The translations under genes and the position numbers were made by a program. Positions 1-10,416 of a stretch of DNA of 17,564 nucleotides are shown one piece after another. The stretch lies in the NCBI GenBank assembly GCA_964457525.1, contig CAYWGS010000014.1, positions 6,880 to 24,443 of the forward strand, written 5' to 3'. This DNA is from an uncultured Erysipelotrichaceae bacterium (lineage in GTDB: Bacteria; Bacillota_I; Bacilli_A; Erysipelotrichales; Erysipelotrichaceae). How positions within the stretch are numbered: the stretch's first letter is position 1; each line of letters begins with the position of its first letter. A model generated the notes under the pieces. That model searched no databases. It saw only the letters and a program-made list of their open reading frames with translations, and was not told the DNA's origin.

Positions 1-220
1 GAGTTTCTTAAATGTTTACAGTGCTCTAAATTTAAACCGTAAAACATTATTTGTATTCGATTCAAATGAAGATTGGGACAATGCTTACTTATCTATGAGA
101 AACATTCCTGATGCAATCTTCACTACTGTTGAAGGATTAAATATGTTTGACATGATGCGTGCTACTAAGATCGTCTTCACAGAAGCAGCTGTTAAAACTG
201 CTGGGGAGGTATTAGCCTAA
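1..220 (+). CDS. rplD: 50S ribosomal protein L4, 3' fragment (5' end outside window; reading phase starts at nt 2)
   Basis: Frame-2 translation is open from nt 2 to TAA at 218-220: ...[43 protein letters not shown]. This matches the typical L4 C-terminus. The gene lies directly upstream of rplW as in the S10 operon. The stop overlaps the rplW start (TAATG). Confidence 0.9.
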   Translation, partial: SFLNVYSALNLNRKTLFVFDSNEDWDNAYLSMRNIPDAIFTTVEGLNMFDMMRATKIVFTEAAVKTAGEVLA

Positions 221-501
221 TGTCTAACGCAAGAGACATCATCGTGCGTCCACTCATCACTGAGAAGACCATGAAATTACAAGAAGCTGACAATAAGGTC
301 ACTTTCGAAGTTGCTAAAGGTTCTAATAAAACTCAAGTTAAAATTGCGGTTGAAGAAATCTTCAACGTAAAAGTTGAAAAAGTGAATATTGTTAACTGCC
401 GTCCAAAGGCAAAACGTGTTGGTAAATACGCTGGTACAACTAGTGCAGTGCGTAAAGCAATCGTTAAATTAGCAGAAGGACATAAAATCAACTTAATCTA
501 G
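220..501 (+). CDS. rplW: 50S ribosomal protein L23
   Basis: 93 aa. The N-terminus [14 protein letters not shown] and the length are typical of L23. Position between L4 and L2. Confidence 0.97.
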   Translation: MSNARDIIVRPLITEKTMKLQEADNKVTFEVAKGSNKTQVKIAVEEIFNVKVEKVNIVNCRPKAKRVGKYAGTTSAVRKAIVKLAEGHKINLI

Positions 502-565
502 TTGATAAAAACTAACGGAAGAAATTACGCTATTTCCGGAAAATACCCGCGTAAGGAGGAAACAC

Positions 566-1399
566 ATGGCGATTAAAAAGTACAAGCCGACCACGCCTGG
601 TCGCCGTGGCATGACCAGCTTGGTGTTTGATGAAATTACAACAAACAAACCAGAGCGCTCATTGCTACAATCCCTCGGTAAAGAGGGTGGCCGTAATAAC
701 AACGGTCGTATCACGACACGTCATCAAGGTGGCGGTCACAAAAGACTCTATCGTATAATCGATTTCAAACGTAATAAGGATCAAATCGTTGCTAAAGTAG
801 CAACAATCGAGTACGATCCAAATCGTTCTGCTAATATCGCATTATTAAATTACGCAGATGGTGAAAAACGCTACATCTTAGCTCCAAAAGGTTTAACTGT
901 TGGAATGGAAGTTGTAAGTGGTGCTACTACTGACGTAAAAGTTGGAAATGCAATGGAATTAGGCTCAATGCCTGATGGTACATTCATTCACAACGTTGAA
1001 TTAAAACCTGGTAAGGGTGGACAGTTAGCACGTTCTGCTGGTGTCAGTGCTCAAATCTTAGGTCAAGAAGGTCGTTACTCTATCATTCGTTTAGCGAGTG
1101 GTGAAGTTCGTCGTATCTTAAGCAATTGCCGTGCAACCGTTGGTGTTGTTGGTAATGAAGATCACAGCTTAGTCAATTATGGTAAAGCAGGTCGTAAGCG
1201 TTGGTTAGGTATTCGTCCTACTGTTCGTGGATCTGTTATGAACCCAGTTGATCACCCACATGGTGGTGGTGAAGGTCGTAACCCAATCGGTCGTCCATCT
1301 CCTATGACTCCATGGGGCAAAAAAGCTATGGGTGTTAAAACTCGTAAGAAGAAACAAGCGTCTACTAAATTAATCGTAAGACGTCGTAATGACAAGTAG
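566..1399 (+). CDS. rplB: 50S ribosomal protein L2
   Basis: 277 aa. [15 protein letters not shown] start and the [14 protein letters not shown] motif. SD AAGGAGG at 553-559. Confidence 0.98.
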   Translation: MAIKKYKPTTPGRRGMTSLVFDEITTNKPERSLLQSLGKEGGRNNNGRITTRHQGGGHKRLYRIIDFKRNKDQIVAKVATIEYDPNRSANIALLNYADGEKRYILAPKGLTVGMEVVSGATTDVKVGNAMELGSMPDGTFIHNVELKPGKGGQLARSAGVSAQILGQEGRYSIIRLASGEVRRILSNCRATVGVVGNEDHSLVNYGKAGRKRWLGIRPTVRGSVMNPVDHPHGGGEGRNPIGRPSPMTPWGKKAMGVKTRKKKQASTKLIVRRRNDK

Positions 1400-1413
1400 G
1401 AAAGGAGAAACAC

Positions 1414-1692
1414 ATGAGTCGTAGCTTAAAAAAGGGTCCATTCGTTGATGACCACTTGATGAAGAAAGTGGAAAAATTGAATGCGGCTAGCAAAAAAGAA
1501 GTAATCAAAACTTGGTCTCGTCGTTCTACCATTTTCCCAGAATTTGTCGAACACACATTTGCGGTTTATAACGGTAAAGAACACGTTCCAGTCTATGTAA
1601 CTGAAGATATGGTTGGTCACAAACTTGGTGAGTTTGTTCCAACTCGTAAATACGGTGGACATGGTGCAGATGATAAGAAGGCGGGTAAATAA
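1414..1692 (+). CDS. rpsS: 30S ribosomal protein S19
   Basis: 92 aa. [12 protein letters not shown] start and the GHKLGEF motif. SD AAGGAG upstream. Confidence 0.98.
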   Translation: MSRSLKKGPFVDDHLMKKVEKLNAASKKEVIKTWSRRSTIFPEFVEHTFAVYNGKEHVPVYVTEDMVGHKLGEFVPTRKYGGHGADDKKAGK

Positions 1693-2030
1693 TGATGGAT
1701 GTTAAAGCAACAGCAAAGACACTTCGTGTCCCTCCGCGTAAAGCAAGACTTGTCCTCGATTTAATTCGCGGCAAGAATGTTAAGGAAGCAGCTGCTATCC
1801 TTAAGTTCACACCTACAAGTGCATCTGATGCAACGGGTAAAGTGTTGAAATCAGCGATTGCTAACGCTGTAAATAATCACCAATTAGCAGAAGAAAAATT
1901 ATATGTTAAAGCATGTTACGCTGATGAAGGTGTTGTATTGAAACGTTTTATGCCTCGTGCTAAAGGTTCTGCAACTCAAATCTTAAAGCGTACAAGTCAC
2001 ATCACAGTTGTTGTGGCTGAAAGAAACTAG
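1692..2030 (+). CDS. rplV: 50S ribosomal protein L22
   Basis: 112 aa. The sequence [24 protein letters not shown] is typical of L22. TAATG overlap with rpsS. The second ATG at 1695 is an equally possible start. Confidence 0.96.
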   Translation: MMDVKATAKTLRVPPRKARLVLDLIRGKNVKEAAAILKFTPTSASDATGKVLKSAIANAVNNHQLAEEKLYVKACYADEGVVLKRFMPRAKGSATQILKRTSHITVVVAERN

Positions 2031-2041
2031 GAGGAACAATC

Positions 2042-2812
2042 ATGGGTCAAAAAGTAAGTCCAATAGGATTACGCGTTGGGATTATCCGCGATTGGGAATC
2101 TCGTTGGTACGCTGAAAAAGAATACGGAGCATTGCTTCAAGAAGATATTAAAATTCGTGAGTTCTTAGGTAAACGTTTGAAGAAAGCGTCTATCTCAAGA
2201 ATTGAAATCGAACGTTCAAAACACCGTGTTGAAATTATTATCCGTGCTGGTAAGGCTGGAGAAATCATTGGTCAAGATGGTAAAGAAGTTGAAGCTTTAA
2301 AGGCTGACTTAGCTAAAATTATCGGTGACAAACAAGTTAAGATTACTGTCTTAGCAGTTGCTAATCCAAGTTTGGATGCAACACTTGTTGCTCGTTTAAT
2401 TGCTGATCAACTTGAAGCTCGCGCATCTTTCAGAACTGCACAAAAACGTGCAATTCAACAAGTTATGCGTGCAGGTGCTAAAGGTATTAAAACTGTAGTA
2501 TCTGGTCGTTTAGGTGGTAATGATATTGCTCGTAGTGAAGGTTATTCCGAAGGTGTAGTTCCTCTACATACTTTACGTTCTGATATCGATTACTCTCATG
2601 CAGAAGCACACACAACTTACGGTAGACTAGGCGTTAAAGTTTGGATCTGTCGTGGAGAAGTGTTACCTGGTCAAATGGTTCAAGAACCAGAAGCACCAAA
2701 GGAACAAGCTCGTGATCGTAAGCCTCGTCGTGACAATAACCGTCGCAATGATGCTCGTAAAGCTGCTCCAGCTACTGCTACTGAAGCTGTAAAAGAGGAG
2801 GGCGCTGAATAA
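2042..2812 (+). CDS. rpsC: 30S ribosomal protein S3, with a roughly 45-aa charged low-complexity C-terminal extension
   Basis: 256 aa. [24 protein letters not shown] start and the KH-domain [11 protein letters not shown]. The core ends near [12 protein letters not shown], followed by the tail [42 protein letters not shown]. Confidence 0.97.
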   Translation: MGQKVSPIGLRVGIIRDWESRWYAEKEYGALLQEDIKIREFLGKRLKKASISRIEIERSKHRVEIIIRAGKAGEIIGQDGKEVEALKADLAKIIGDKQVKITVLAVANPSLDATLVARLIADQLEARASFRTAQKRAIQQVMRAGAKGIKTVVSGRLGGNDIARSEGYSEGVVPLHTLRSDIDYSHAEAHTTYGRLGVKVWICRGEVLPGQMVQEPEAPKEQARDRKPRRDNNRRNDARKAAPATATEAVKEEGAE

Positions 2813-3231
2813 TGTTGATGCCTAATCGTACAAAATTTAGAAGACCTCACCGTGTAAGTCATGAAGGTCGTTCTAAAGCTGGTCGTGAAATTGTGTTTGG
2901 TGAATACGGTATTGTTGCAGAATCTGGTGCTTATGTAAGTAACCGCCAAATTGAATCTGCGCGTATCGCAATCACACGTTATATGAAACGTGGTGGTCAA
3001 GTATGGATTAAAATTTTCCCTCACTTGGCAATCACTAAAAAACCACTCGAAGTACGTATGGGTAGTGGTAAGGGTGCTCCAGAAGGTTGGGTTGCAGTTG
3101 TTCAACCTGGACGTATCTTGTTTGAAGTTGGTGGAGTAAGTGAAGAAGTTGCACGTGAAGCTTTACGTTTAGGTTCTCACAAACTTTCCGTCAAAACCCG
3201 TTTCGTTAAGAAAGGCGAGGAGAATCTATAA
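2812..3231 (+). CDS. rplP: 50S ribosomal protein L16
   Basis: 139 aa. [11 protein letters not shown] start and the [20 protein letters not shown] motif. TAATG overlap with rpsC. Confidence 0.98.
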   Translation: MLMPNRTKFRRPHRVSHEGRSKAGREIVFGEYGIVAESGAYVSNRQIESARIAITRYMKRGGQVWIKIFPHLAITKKPLEVRMGSGKGAPEGWVAVVQPGRILFEVGGVSEEVAREALRLGSHKLSVKTRFVKKGEENL

Positions 3232-3428
3232 TGAGAAACGACATTCGCGAAAAAAGTAATGTTGAATTACTAAAAGAAATCGATTCTTTAAAAGAAGAAT
3301 TATTCACCCTACGCTTTCAAAAGGCTACGGGCCAATTAAGTAACTTCGGTCGTATGAAGGAAATCCGTAAGACGATCGCAAGAATCAAGACTGTTATCAC
3401 TGAGCGTGAACTCAGTGAGAAGAAATAG
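3231..3428 (+). CDS. rpmC: 50S ribosomal protein L29
   Basis: 65 aa. The [17 protein letters not shown] motif. TAATG overlap with rplP. Confidence 0.96.
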   Translation: MRNDIREKSNVELLKEIDSLKEELFTLRFQKATGQLSNFGRMKEIRKTIARIKTVITERELSEKK

Positions 3429-3441
3429 GAGGGCAGAAACG

Positions 3442-3702
3442 ATGGAAAGAACAAGTCGTAAAGTATATCGTGGAACAGTCGTTTCCGATAAAATGGATAA
3501 GACAATTGTTGTTGAAGTAAATACTTCCAAACGTCACCCTTTATACGCAAAGCGCGTTAAGTATTCGAAAAAATTTAAAGCTCACGACGAACTAAACCAA
3601 GCTAAAGTTGGTGATACAGTAGAAATTATGGAAACTCGTAAGTTATCTGCTACCAAGAACTTCCGCTTGATTAAGATTGTTGAAAAAGCTGTTGTGTTGT
3701 AG
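3442..3702 (+). CDS. rpsQ: 30S ribosomal protein S17
   Basis: The track ORF starts at 3406, inside rpmC. I place the start at ATG 3442 ([24 protein letters not shown], 86 aa), which has SD GGAGGG at 3428-3433 and gives the normal S17 length. Confidence 0.93.
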   Translation: MERTSRKVYRGTVVSDKMDKTIVVEVNTSKRHPLYAKRVKYSKKFKAHDELNQAKVGDTVEIMETRKLSATKNFRLIKIVEKAVVL

Positions 3703-3713
3703 GAGGCCAAATC

Positions 3714-4082
3714 ATGATTCAAAATGAAACAAGATGTAAAGTTGCTGATAACACAGGAGCTAAGGAAGTATTAGTAATTCGATGCTTAGGAGGTTCTCGT
3801 CGTAGAACTTCTAGTATTGGTGATATCGTGGTGTGCACAGTTAAAGAAGCTACACCTGGTGGATCTGTTAAAAAAGGTGATGTTGTTAAAGCGGTTGTTG
3901 TTCGTACAGTGTACGGAGTACGTCGTGAAAACGGAACTTATATTAAATTTGATGACAACGCAGTTGTTATCATTAAAGAAGATTTAACCCCTAAGGGAAC
4001 ACGTATTTTTGGACCAGTTGCACGTGAACTTCGTGATAAAAACTTCATGAAGATTGTATCGTTAGCACCTGAGGTCTTATAA
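3714..4082 (+). CDS. rplN: 50S ribosomal protein L14
   Basis: 122 aa. [18 protein letters not shown] start and the C-terminus [17 protein letters not shown] upstream. Confidence 0.98.
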   Translation: MIQNETRCKVADNTGAKEVLVIRCLGGSRRRTSSIGDIVVCTVKEATPGGSVKKGDVVKAVVVRTVYGVRRENGTYIKFDDNAVVIIKEDLTPKGTRIFGPVARELRDKNFMKIVSLAPEVL

Positions 4083-4094
4083 GGAGGAAGCTCA

Positions 4095-4406
4095 ATGAAA
4101 ATTAAAAAAGGCGATAAAGTCAAAGTCATTACTGGCGATGACAAAGGAACCATTGGTGAAGTTCTAAAAGCTTTCCCTAAGGAAGACAAAGTCATTGTTG
4201 AAGGGGTTAAGCTTGTTAAAAAAGCATTAAAACCTACACAAGCTAATCCAGAAGGCGGTATGGTTGAAAAGGAATCTAAGGTTCATGTTTCAAACGTAGT
4301 ACTCTTCGAAGAAAAAGCAAAGAAAGCTACTAAAGCTAAAAAAGCTCCTGCTAAGAAAGCAGAAGAAAAGAAACCGCGTGCTAAAAAAGCAGCGGCTAAG
4401 GAATAG
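4095..4406 (+). CDS. rplX: 50S ribosomal protein L24 with a lysine/alanine-rich C-terminal tail
   Basis: 103 aa. KOW region [23 protein letters not shown], then [10 protein letters not shown]. From about aa 72 the sequence is [32 protein letters not shown]. Confidence 0.95.
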   Translation: MKIKKGDKVKVITGDDKGTIGEVLKAFPKEDKVIVEGVKLVKKALKPTQANPEGGMVEKESKVHVSNVVLFEEKAKKATKAKKAPAKKAEEKKPRAKKAAAKE

Positions 4407-4415
4407 GAGGGCACC

Positions 4416-4958
4416 ATGAATCGTTTACAAGAAAAGTACACAACAGTAGTGGTTCCTGCTCTAATGAAGGAATTTGAATATTCCTCAGTTATGCAGGCTC
4501 CTAAACTTGAAAAAGTTGTTATTAATATGGGTATTGGTGACGCAATTGCTAACTCTAAAGCATTAGAAGAAGCTGTTGCTGAATTAACTCAATTAGCAGG
4601 TCAAAAACCTGTTATTACAAAAGCGAAGAAATCCATCGCGAACTTCAAACTTCGTGAAGGAATGGATATCGGATGTAAGGTTACATTAAGAGGCGCAAAG
4701 ATGTATGAGTTCTTAGATAAACTAATGAACGTTGCACTTCCTCGCGTTCGTGATTTCCGTGGTGTAAATGCTAATGCCTTCGATGGTCGTGGTAACTATA
4801 CTTTAGGGGTCAAAGAACAATTAATTTTCCCTGAAATTAACTTTGACAAAGTTAACCGTGTACGCGGTATGGACATTGTTATCGTTACATCTGCTAAGAC
4901 TAACGCGGAAGGCCGTGCCTTACTTAAAGGTTTAGGCATGCCATTTGAAAAGAAATAA
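4416..4958 (+). CDS. rplE: 50S ribosomal protein L5
   Basis: 180 aa. MNRLQEKY start, with the [10 protein letters not shown] and [10 protein letters not shown] motifs. Confidence 0.98.
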   Translation: MNRLQEKYTTVVVPALMKEFEYSSVMQAPKLEKVVINMGIGDAIANSKALEEAVAELTQLAGQKPVITKAKKSIANFKLREGMDIGCKVTLRGAKMYEFLDKLMNVALPRVRDFRGVNANAFDGRGNYTLGVKEQLIFPEINFDKVNRVRGMDIVIVTSAKTNAEGRALLKGLGMPFEKK

Positions 4959-4972
4959 GGAGGACATGAATC

Positions 4973-5158
4973 ATGGCAAAAACATCATTAATTGTTAAGG
5001 CACATCGTCCTCAAAAGTTCAAAGTCCGTGAATACACTCGCTGCGAACGTTGTGGACGTCCACATTCAGTATTATCAAAGTATAAACTATGCCGTATTTG
5101 TTTCAGAGAATTAGCTTATAAAGGCCAAATTCCTGGAGTCAAAAAGGCTAGCTGGTAG
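4973..5158 (+). CDS. rpsN: 30S ribosomal protein S14, short zinc-binding type Z
   Basis: 61 aa. Carries CERCGRP...CRIC (CxxC...CxxC) and ends in SW. Position between L5 and S8. Confidence 0.96.
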   Translation: MAKTSLIVKAHRPQKFKVREYTRCERCGRPHSVLSKYKLCRICFRELAYKGQIPGVKKASW

Positions 5159-5172
5159 GAAGGAGAACACCC

Positions 5173-5571
5173 ATGATGAATATGACAGATCCAATTGCGG
5201 ATATGCTTACTAGAATACGTAACGCAGTACAAGCGCGTCACGATGTGGTGGAAGTACCATCCAGCAAGGAAAAAGTAGAGATTGCTCGCATTCTCAAAGA
5301 AGAAGGATTTATCAACGGTTACGTTGTAACTGGTGATTTACCTAAAGTGATTACAATTAGTTTAAAATACGGACCAAATAAAGAAAAAGTATTATCTGGT
5401 TTAAAACGTATTTCTAAACCAGGATTACGTGTCTATGTTGACGTAAACCGCATTCCTAGAGTATTAAATGGTCTAGGTGTTGCGATCGTTTCAACTTCTC
5501 ACGGATTATTAACCGACAAACAAGCTCGTGCACAACATGTGGGCGGTGAAGTTGTCGCCTACATTTGGTAG
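5173..5571 (+). CDS. rpsH: 30S ribosomal protein S8
   Basis: 132 aa. [14 protein letters not shown] motif and the C-terminus [12 protein letters not shown] 5176 or 5182 are alternative starts. SD AGGAG at 5161-5165. Confidence 0.96.
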   Translation: MMNMTDPIADMLTRIRNAVQARHDVVEVPSSKEKVEIARILKEEGFINGYVVTGDLPKVITISLKYGPNKEKVLSGLKRISKPGLRVYVDVNRIPRVLNGLGVAIVSTSHGLLTDKQARAQHVGGEVVAYIW

Positions 5572-5586
5572 AAGAAAGGAACAACC

Positions 5587-6132
5587 ATGTCACGTATCGG
5601 AAATAAAGCGATTACCGTTCCTGCTGGTGTTGAAGTTATTGTCAACCCAGGGAATGAGGTGACGGTCAAAGGTCCTAAAGGAACTTTATCACGTCAATTC
5701 AATCCTGCTTTAGGAATTGAACTAAATGAACAAGTTTTGACAGTTTCTCGTTCTAATGAACAAAAACATACAAAACAACTTCATGGCACAACTCGTGCAT
5801 TACTATTCAATATGATCGAAGGGGTCAGCAATGGCTTTACTCGTTCATTAGAATTAGTAGGTATCGGGTATCGTGCAAATGTAGCTGGAAACAAATTAAC
5901 GATTAATATCGGTTATTCACACCCAGTTATCTTCGACATCGAAGAAGGTGTCAAAATTGAATGTAAGACCCCAACTGAAATCGTTGTTACAGGCATTGAT
6001 AAACAACGCGTAGGTGAATGGGCTGCTAATATTCGTGCAGTACGTAAACCAGAACCATATCTTGGTAAAGGTATTCGTTATAAAGGCGAAGTTGTCCGCC
6101 GCAAAGAAGGTAAGACAGCTGGTAAGAAATAG
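5587..6132 (+). CDS. rplF: 50S ribosomal protein L6
   Basis: 181 aa. [17 protein letters not shown] start and the [10 protein letters not shown] motif. Confidence 0.98.
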   Translation: MSRIGNKAITVPAGVEVIVNPGNEVTVKGPKGTLSRQFNPALGIELNEQVLTVSRSNEQKHTKQLHGTTRALLFNMIEGVSNGFTRSLELVGIGYRANVAGNKLTINIGYSHPVIFDIEEGVKIECKTPTEIVVTGIDKQRVGEWAANIRAVRKPEPYLGKGIRYKGEVVRRKEGKTAGKK

Positions 6133-6153
6133 TGGGAAAGGAGAAAACAGTTC

Positions 6154-6510
6154 ATGCTTAAAAAAGTTTCAAAAAATGCTGAAAGACAACGTAGACATGC
6201 TCGTGTACGTACTAAAGTCTCTGGGACTGCGGATCGCCCACGTTTAAATGTTTTCCGTTCAAATTCACACATTTCAGCTCAATTAATTGATGATGTAAAT
6301 GGTGTAACACTTGTTTCTGCTAACAGCGTAGAAATGAAGTTAGAAAATGGTGGTAACATTGCCGCTGCTACTTTGGTAGGTACAGAAGTTGCACAACGTG
6401 CACTTAAAGCCAATATTACAAATGTAGTGTTTGACCGTGGTGGATACCTCTATCACGGAAGAGTCAAGGCGCTTGCTGATGCAGCAAGAGAAGCCGGACT
6501 TGTATTCTAG
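6154..6510 (+). CDS. rplR: 50S ribosomal protein L18
   Basis: 118 aa. [28 protein letters not shown] and [23 protein letters not shown] motifs. Confidence 0.98.
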   Translation: MLKKVSKNAERQRRHARVRTKVSGTADRPRLNVFRSNSHISAQLIDDVNGVTLVSANSVEMKLENGGNIAAATLVGTEVAQRALKANITNVVFDRGGYLYHGRVKALADAAREAGLVF

Positions 6511-6519
6511 GAGGTCGCC

Positions 6520-7032
6520 ATGGAACGTAAACCAAGAAGATTTGAAAGAGAACCAAAAGAATTTGAAGAACGCGTAGTCGTTATCAACCGTGTAACCAAG
6601 GTTGTTAAAGGTGGTCGCCGTTTCCGTTTTGCTGCGTTAGTTGTTATTGGAGATAAGAAAGGCCGTGTTGGTTTTGGTACTGGCAAGGCTAACGAAGTAC
6701 CTGATGCAATTAAGAAGGCAATCGAAGATGCTAAAAAGAATTTATTCGTAGTTCCTATTGTTGGAACTACTATCCCTCACACAGCTATCGGTAATTTCGG
6801 TGCAGGATCCGTATTGATTCGCCCTGCTACAGAAGGTACTGGTGTTATCGCTGGTGGACCAATCCGTGCCGTTCTTGAATTGGCAGGTGTAAATGATATC
6901 CTAACTAAATGTTTGGGGTCACGTACACCAATCAATATGGTTCGTGCAACTGTTGAAGCCCTTAAGAGTCTAAAAACAGTAGAACAAGTCGCACAACTTC
7001 GTGATCTAAAACGCGAAGAAGTACGCGCTTAG
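6520..7032 (+). CDS. rpsE: 30S ribosomal protein S5
   Basis: 170 aa. [24 protein letters not shown] and [15 protein letters not shown] motifs. Confidence 0.98.
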   Translation: MERKPRRFEREPKEFEERVVVINRVTKVVKGGRRFRFAALVVIGDKKGRVGFGTGKANEVPDAIKKAIEDAKKNLFVVPIVGTTIPHTAIGNFGAGSVLIRPATEGTGVIAGGPIRAVLELAGVNDILTKCLGSRTPINMVRATVEALKSLKTVEQVAQLRDLKREEVRA

Positions 7033-7043
7033 AGGAGGCTTGT

Positions 7044-7484
7044 ATGAAGTTACATGAATTAAAATATACTGAAGGCGCTCGTCAAGATAGCAAGCGCTTA
7101 GGTCGTGGACAAGGTTCCGGCCAAGGTAAAACAGCTGGTAAAGGTCACAAAGGTCAAGGAGCTCGCTCCGGTGGCGGTGTGGCTCTAGGTTTTGAAGGGG
7201 GTCAAACTCCTATTTACCGTCGTATTCCAAAGCGTGGATTTACGAATGTAAACCGTGTTGAATATGCAATCGTAAATGTTGAACAACTTAACCGTTTCGA
7301 AAATGGTGTAGAAGTTTCTCCAGAACTATTGATTGAAGCTGGATTAGTTAAAAAAGAATACAATGGAATTAAAATCCTAGGCGTTGGAACTTTAGAAAAG
7401 AAGTTAACTGTAAAAGCACACAAATTTTCTAAGTCCGCTGTTACTTTGATTGAACAAGCAGGCGGAAAAGTAGAGGTCATCTAG
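7044..7484 (+). CDS. rplO: 50S ribosomal protein L15
   Basis: 146 aa. [13 protein letters not shown] start and the glycine-rich [19 protein letters not shown]. It follows rpsE after only 11 nt, so there is no rpmD. Confidence 0.97.
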   Translation: MKLHELKYTEGARQDSKRLGRGQGSGQGKTAGKGHKGQGARSGGGVALGFEGGQTPIYRRIPKRGFTNVNRVEYAIVNVEQLNRFENGVEVSPELLIEAGLVKKEYNGIKILGVGTLEKKLTVKAHKFSKSAVTLIEQAGGKVEVI

Positions 7485-7485
7485 A

Positions 7486-8775
7486 ATGATCAAGACTTTC
7501 GTCAATCTGTTTAAACAAAAGGATATTCGTAAGAAGATTTTCTTCACACTCGCAATGTTGTTTGTGTTCAGACTAGGTGCAGGTATTCCTGTACCTTTAG
7601 TCGATACTGAAGCTTTGTTAGCGGGTGTTGCTGATAACTCAGTCTTGGGGATTATGAACCTATTAGGTGGTGGAGCGCTTCAACGTTTCTCTGTCTTCGC
7701 AATGGGGGTTGGTCCTTATATTACCGCGAGCATTATCATTCAACTTCTAGCGATGGATGTTGTTCCTTCATTAACAGAAATGGCTAAGTCTGGGCAACAA
7801 GGTAAGAAACAGATGGATAAGATTACACGCTATTTAGCGGTATTCTTAGCGATGTTTCAAGCATTTACCCTTACCTATGCTTTCGATGTTAACTACGGAT
7901 TACTTCAAGAACCAACAATTGCAAACTTTGTATATGTTTCAGTTGTTCTAACAGCTGGTACAATGTTCTTGTTGTGGATTGGTGATCGTATCTCAGCGTT
8001 TGGTATTGGAAATGGTATTTCTATTATCATTTTCGCAGGTATCGTATCGCGTATTCCGTTTGATTTCTCAACAATGTTTAAAACTTTGGTTGACACAAGT
8101 AGTAATGCCGCATTGTTTAGTGGAGTAATTAACTTCTTCATCTATACTGTTATGTATGTTGCGATTATTGTATTGGTTATCTTCATGCAACAAGCTGAAC
8201 GTAAAATTCCAATTCAATATACATCAAGCAATCTTCGTAAAGGTAAAAATGATGTTACTTACTTACCGTTAAAAATCAACTCTGCTAGTGTTATTCCTGT
8301 TATCTTTGCTTCTGCAGTGATGACAGCACCAGCAACTGCATTTAGTTTTTTCTCACAAACTCAAGGACTTTATCAATTCTTCTCTGATATCTTCAATTTC
8401 CAAAAACCATTGGGATTGGCTATCTATGCAATATTGATTCTAGTCTTTACCTTCTTCTATACCAACTTACAAGTTGATCCGGAGAAGATTGCTGAGAACC
8501 TCGGTAAACAAGGAACTTATATTCCAGGGATTCGCCCAGGTACTGAAACAAAGCAGTATTTATCAAAAGTATTAAATCGTATCACTGTGTTAGGGGCTTT
8601 ATTCCTAGTCTTTATCGCGGTTCTACCTTATTTATTACCAATGGTTACTGATTTACCGAATACAATTTCTGTAGGTGGTACAGGTATCATTATCGTGGTT
8701 GGGGTAGCGCTAGAAACGATGAAAGATTTAGAAGGACAAATGACTCAGAAAGTATATCGTGGCTTCATTAACTAG
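7486..8775 (+). CDS. secY: Preprotein translocase subunit SecY
   Basis: 429 aa and multi-pass hydrophobic. GGGALQRFSVFAMGVGPYITASIIIQLL motif. Canonical position after rplO. Confidence 0.97.
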   Translation: MIKTFVNLFKQKDIRKKIFFTLAMLFVFRLGAGIPVPLVDTEALLAGVADNSVLGIMNLLGGGALQRFSVFAMGVGPYITASIIIQLLAMDVVPSLTEMAKSGQQGKKQMDKITRYLAVFLAMFQAFTLTYAFDVNYGLLQEPTIANFVYVSVVLTAGTMFLLWIGDRISAFGIGNGISIIIFAGIVSRIPFDFSTMFKTLVDTSSNAALFSGVINFFIYTVMYVAIIVLVIFMQQAERKIPIQYTSSNLRKGKNDVTYLPLKINSASVIPVIFASAVMTAPATAFSFFSQTQGLYQFFSDIFNFQKPLGLAIYAILILVFTFFYTNLQVDPEKIAENLGKQGTYIPGIRPGTETKQYLSKVLNRITVLGALFLVFIAVLPYLLPMVTDLPNTISVGGTGIIIVVGVALETMKDLEGQMTQKVYRGFIN

Positions 8776-8784
8776 GAGGGATGT

Positions 8785-9435
8785 ATGAACATACTCATTA
8801 TGGGTGCTGCCGGAAGCGGTAAAGGAACAATGGCTCAATTGATTATTCAAAAGTATGCCATACCACATATTTCTACAGGGAATATGTTTCGTTCGCACAT
8901 GTATGCTAATACACCACTTGGACTTGAAGCGCGTAAGTATATTGATGAGGGTCGTTTAGTTCCAGATGAAGTTACGATTCAAATGATTCAAGAACGTTTG
9001 CTTGAACCAGATTGTTTAAAGGGCTATCTACTTGATGGTTATCCAAGAACATTGGTTCAAGCGCAAGCGTTTGAGGATATAGCGAAGCAGATTGATCGTC
9101 CTGTACAAGCGGTTATTAACCTAAAAGTGCAATTAGATGATTTAGCTGAACGCGTCACAGGTCGTCGTGTATGTGAAAAGTGTGGAGCAATCTTCCATAT
9201 CAAGCAACAACCACCAAAAGTTGAAGGTGTTTGTGATGTGTGTGGTGGAACGCTTGTTCACCGTTCGGATGATACCGTACACCAATTGGGTGTTCGTCTC
9301 AAAGAACATGTTACATTAACACAACCTGTATTAGATTTCTATGCCAAAAAAGGTTTAGTTTATGATATTGATGCTTCTCGTTCAATCGAATCAGTATTTG
9401 CGGATATTGATAAGATATTGGAGAACTTACGATGA
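8785..9435 (+). CDS. adk: Adenylate kinase (Cys4 zinc-lid type)
   Basis: 216 aa. P-loop GAAGSGKGT, LLDGYPRT, and lid cysteines CEKCG...CDVCGG. Confidence 0.97.
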   Translation: MNILIMGAAGSGKGTMAQLIIQKYAIPHISTGNMFRSHMYANTPLGLEARKYIDEGRLVPDEVTIQMIQERLLEPDCLKGYLLDGYPRTLVQAQAFEDIAKQIDRPVQAVINLKVQLDDLAERVTGRRVCEKCGAIFHIKQQPPKVEGVCDVCGGTLVHRSDDTVHQLGVRLKEHVTLTQPVLDFYAKKGLVYDIDASRSIESVFADIDKILENLR

Positions 9436-10205
9436 TTACACAAAAATCTAAGCGAGAAATCGAACTCATGCGTAAAGCAGGAGAAATTGTTGCCTTAGCT
9501 CACCAAGCGGTCGCGAAAGCAATTAGACCTGGTATTACTACCTACGAGATTGATCAAATCGTAGAAAAAGTAATCTTGGATAACCAGGCTACACCATCGT
9601 TTAAAGGATACAACGGATTTCCATCCGCTACCTGTACTTCAGTTAATGATGTATTGGTACATGGTTTTCCTGGTAAACAAATCTTAAAAGAAGGTGATAT
9701 AATATCCGTTGATATAGGCGCTTGTTATAAAGGTTATCATGGAGATAGTGCTTGGACATATGCTGTTGGTAAAGTTTCAAAAGAAGCTGAACATTTAATG
9801 CATGTGACTGAACAAAGTCTTTATGAAGGCTTAAAAGCTGTCAAGGCAGGTGTACATTTGTCTGATGTGTCCAACACAATCGGGGAGTATGTTTATTCCT
9901 TCGGTTATAGTGTACCGTACGAATATACCGGGCATGGCATCGGCGCAAATCTACATGAAGATCCATCCATTCCAAATTATGGTCCTAAAGGAAGAGGCCC
10001 CATCCTAAAAGCGGGAATGACCTTAGCGATTGAACCGATGGTTCATCGCGGCAAACCTTTTACCAAAGTTATGGATGATGATTGGACTGTTAAGACAAAA
10101 GATGGATCACTAGCAGCTCATTATGAACATACTGTTCTAGTGACAGAAGATGGGTGTGAAATCTTAACCACCATCTCAAAGGAGGAAACTTTACTGAATG
10201 GGTAA
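9432..10205 (+). CDS. map: Type I methionine aminopeptidase
   Basis: 257 aa. Metal-ligand context [25 protein letters not shown] and HYEHTV. ATGA overlap with adk. Confidence 0.96.
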   Translation: MITQKSKREIELMRKAGEIVALAHQAVAKAIRPGITTYEIDQIVEKVILDNQATPSFKGYNGFPSATCTSVNDVLVHGFPGKQILKEGDIISVDIGACYKGYHGDSAWTYAVGKVSKEAEHLMHVTEQSLYEGLKAVKAGVHLSDVSNTIGEYVYSFGYSVPYEYTGHGIGANLHEDPSIPNYGPKGRGPILKAGMTLAIEPMVHRGKPFTKVMDDDWTVKTKDGSLAAHYEHTVLVTEDGCEILTTISKEETLLNG

Positions 10206-10416
10206 ACAAGACGTTATAGAAATAGAAGGCGTAGTAGAGAAAGTTCTACCAAATGCGACCTTCGATGTGAAATTAACAAACGGGCATACGCTAAAAGCCC
10301 ACGTTTCTGGTAAAATCCGCATGCATTACATTCGCATTTTACCAGGTGACCGCGTCACCGTTGAAATTTCGCCGTATGATTTAACACGTGGGAGAATTAC
10401 ATTTAGACACAAGTAG
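10198..10416 (+). CDS. infA: Translation initiation factor IF-1
   Basis: 72 aa. [36 protein letters not shown] motif. 8-nt overlap (ATGGGTAA) with map. Confidence 0.98.
   Translation: MGKQDVIEIEGVVEKVLPNATFDVKLTNGHTLKAHVSGKIRMHYIRILPGDRVTVEISPYDLTRGRITFRHK

Noticed and set aside
502-565. Unusually long (64 nt) rplW-rplB spacer with a possible hairpin (CGGAA 516-520 pairing with TTCCG 534-538)
   Set aside because: The stem is only 5-6 bp with an 11-nt loop and no following U-tract. That is too weak to call a terminator, attenuator or protein-binding site from sequence alone.
493-1810. Minus-strand ORFs 493-714, 1365-1556, 1426-1662 and 1526-1810 (63-94 aa)
   Set aside because: They lie entirely antisense to strongly supported rplW, rplB, rpsS and rplV. 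They have no SD, their composition is odd (Cys, Phe or Ser rich), and they show no recognisable motifs. They are shadow ORFs.
2680-3105. 141-aa minus-strand ORF, the longest antisense ORF in the window
   Set aside because: It lies antisense to the rpsC tail and rplP, and its translation is low-complexity (T, F, C, S rich). The open frame is explained by the codon bias of the highly expressed sense genes. It has no start context.
3406-3441. N-terminal extension of the S17 ORF ([12 protein letters not shown]...)
   Set aside because: The extension lies inside rpmC and has no SD. ATG 3442 has a strong SD and gives the canonical S17 length.
3317-4195. Minus-strand ORFs 3317-3550, 3336-3530 and 3938-4195
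   Set aside because: They lie antisense to rpmC, rpsQ, rplN and rplX and have no independent support.
4308-4406. K/A-rich L24 tail coding region as a tandem DNA repeat or VNTR
   Set aside because: Only a short imperfect direct repeat (GCTAAAAAAGC, twice) is present, with no regular repeat unit. It is better described as low-complexity coding sequence.
6014-6272. + strand off-frame ORF 6014-6247 and minus-strand ORF 6078-6272 across the rplF-rplR junction
   Set aside because: They overlap the well-supported L6 and L18 frames. The products have no family resemblance, and no SD is present.
7214-8141. Minus-strand ORFs 7214-7480 and 7905-8141
   Set aside because: They lie antisense to rplO and secY and are shadow ORFs.
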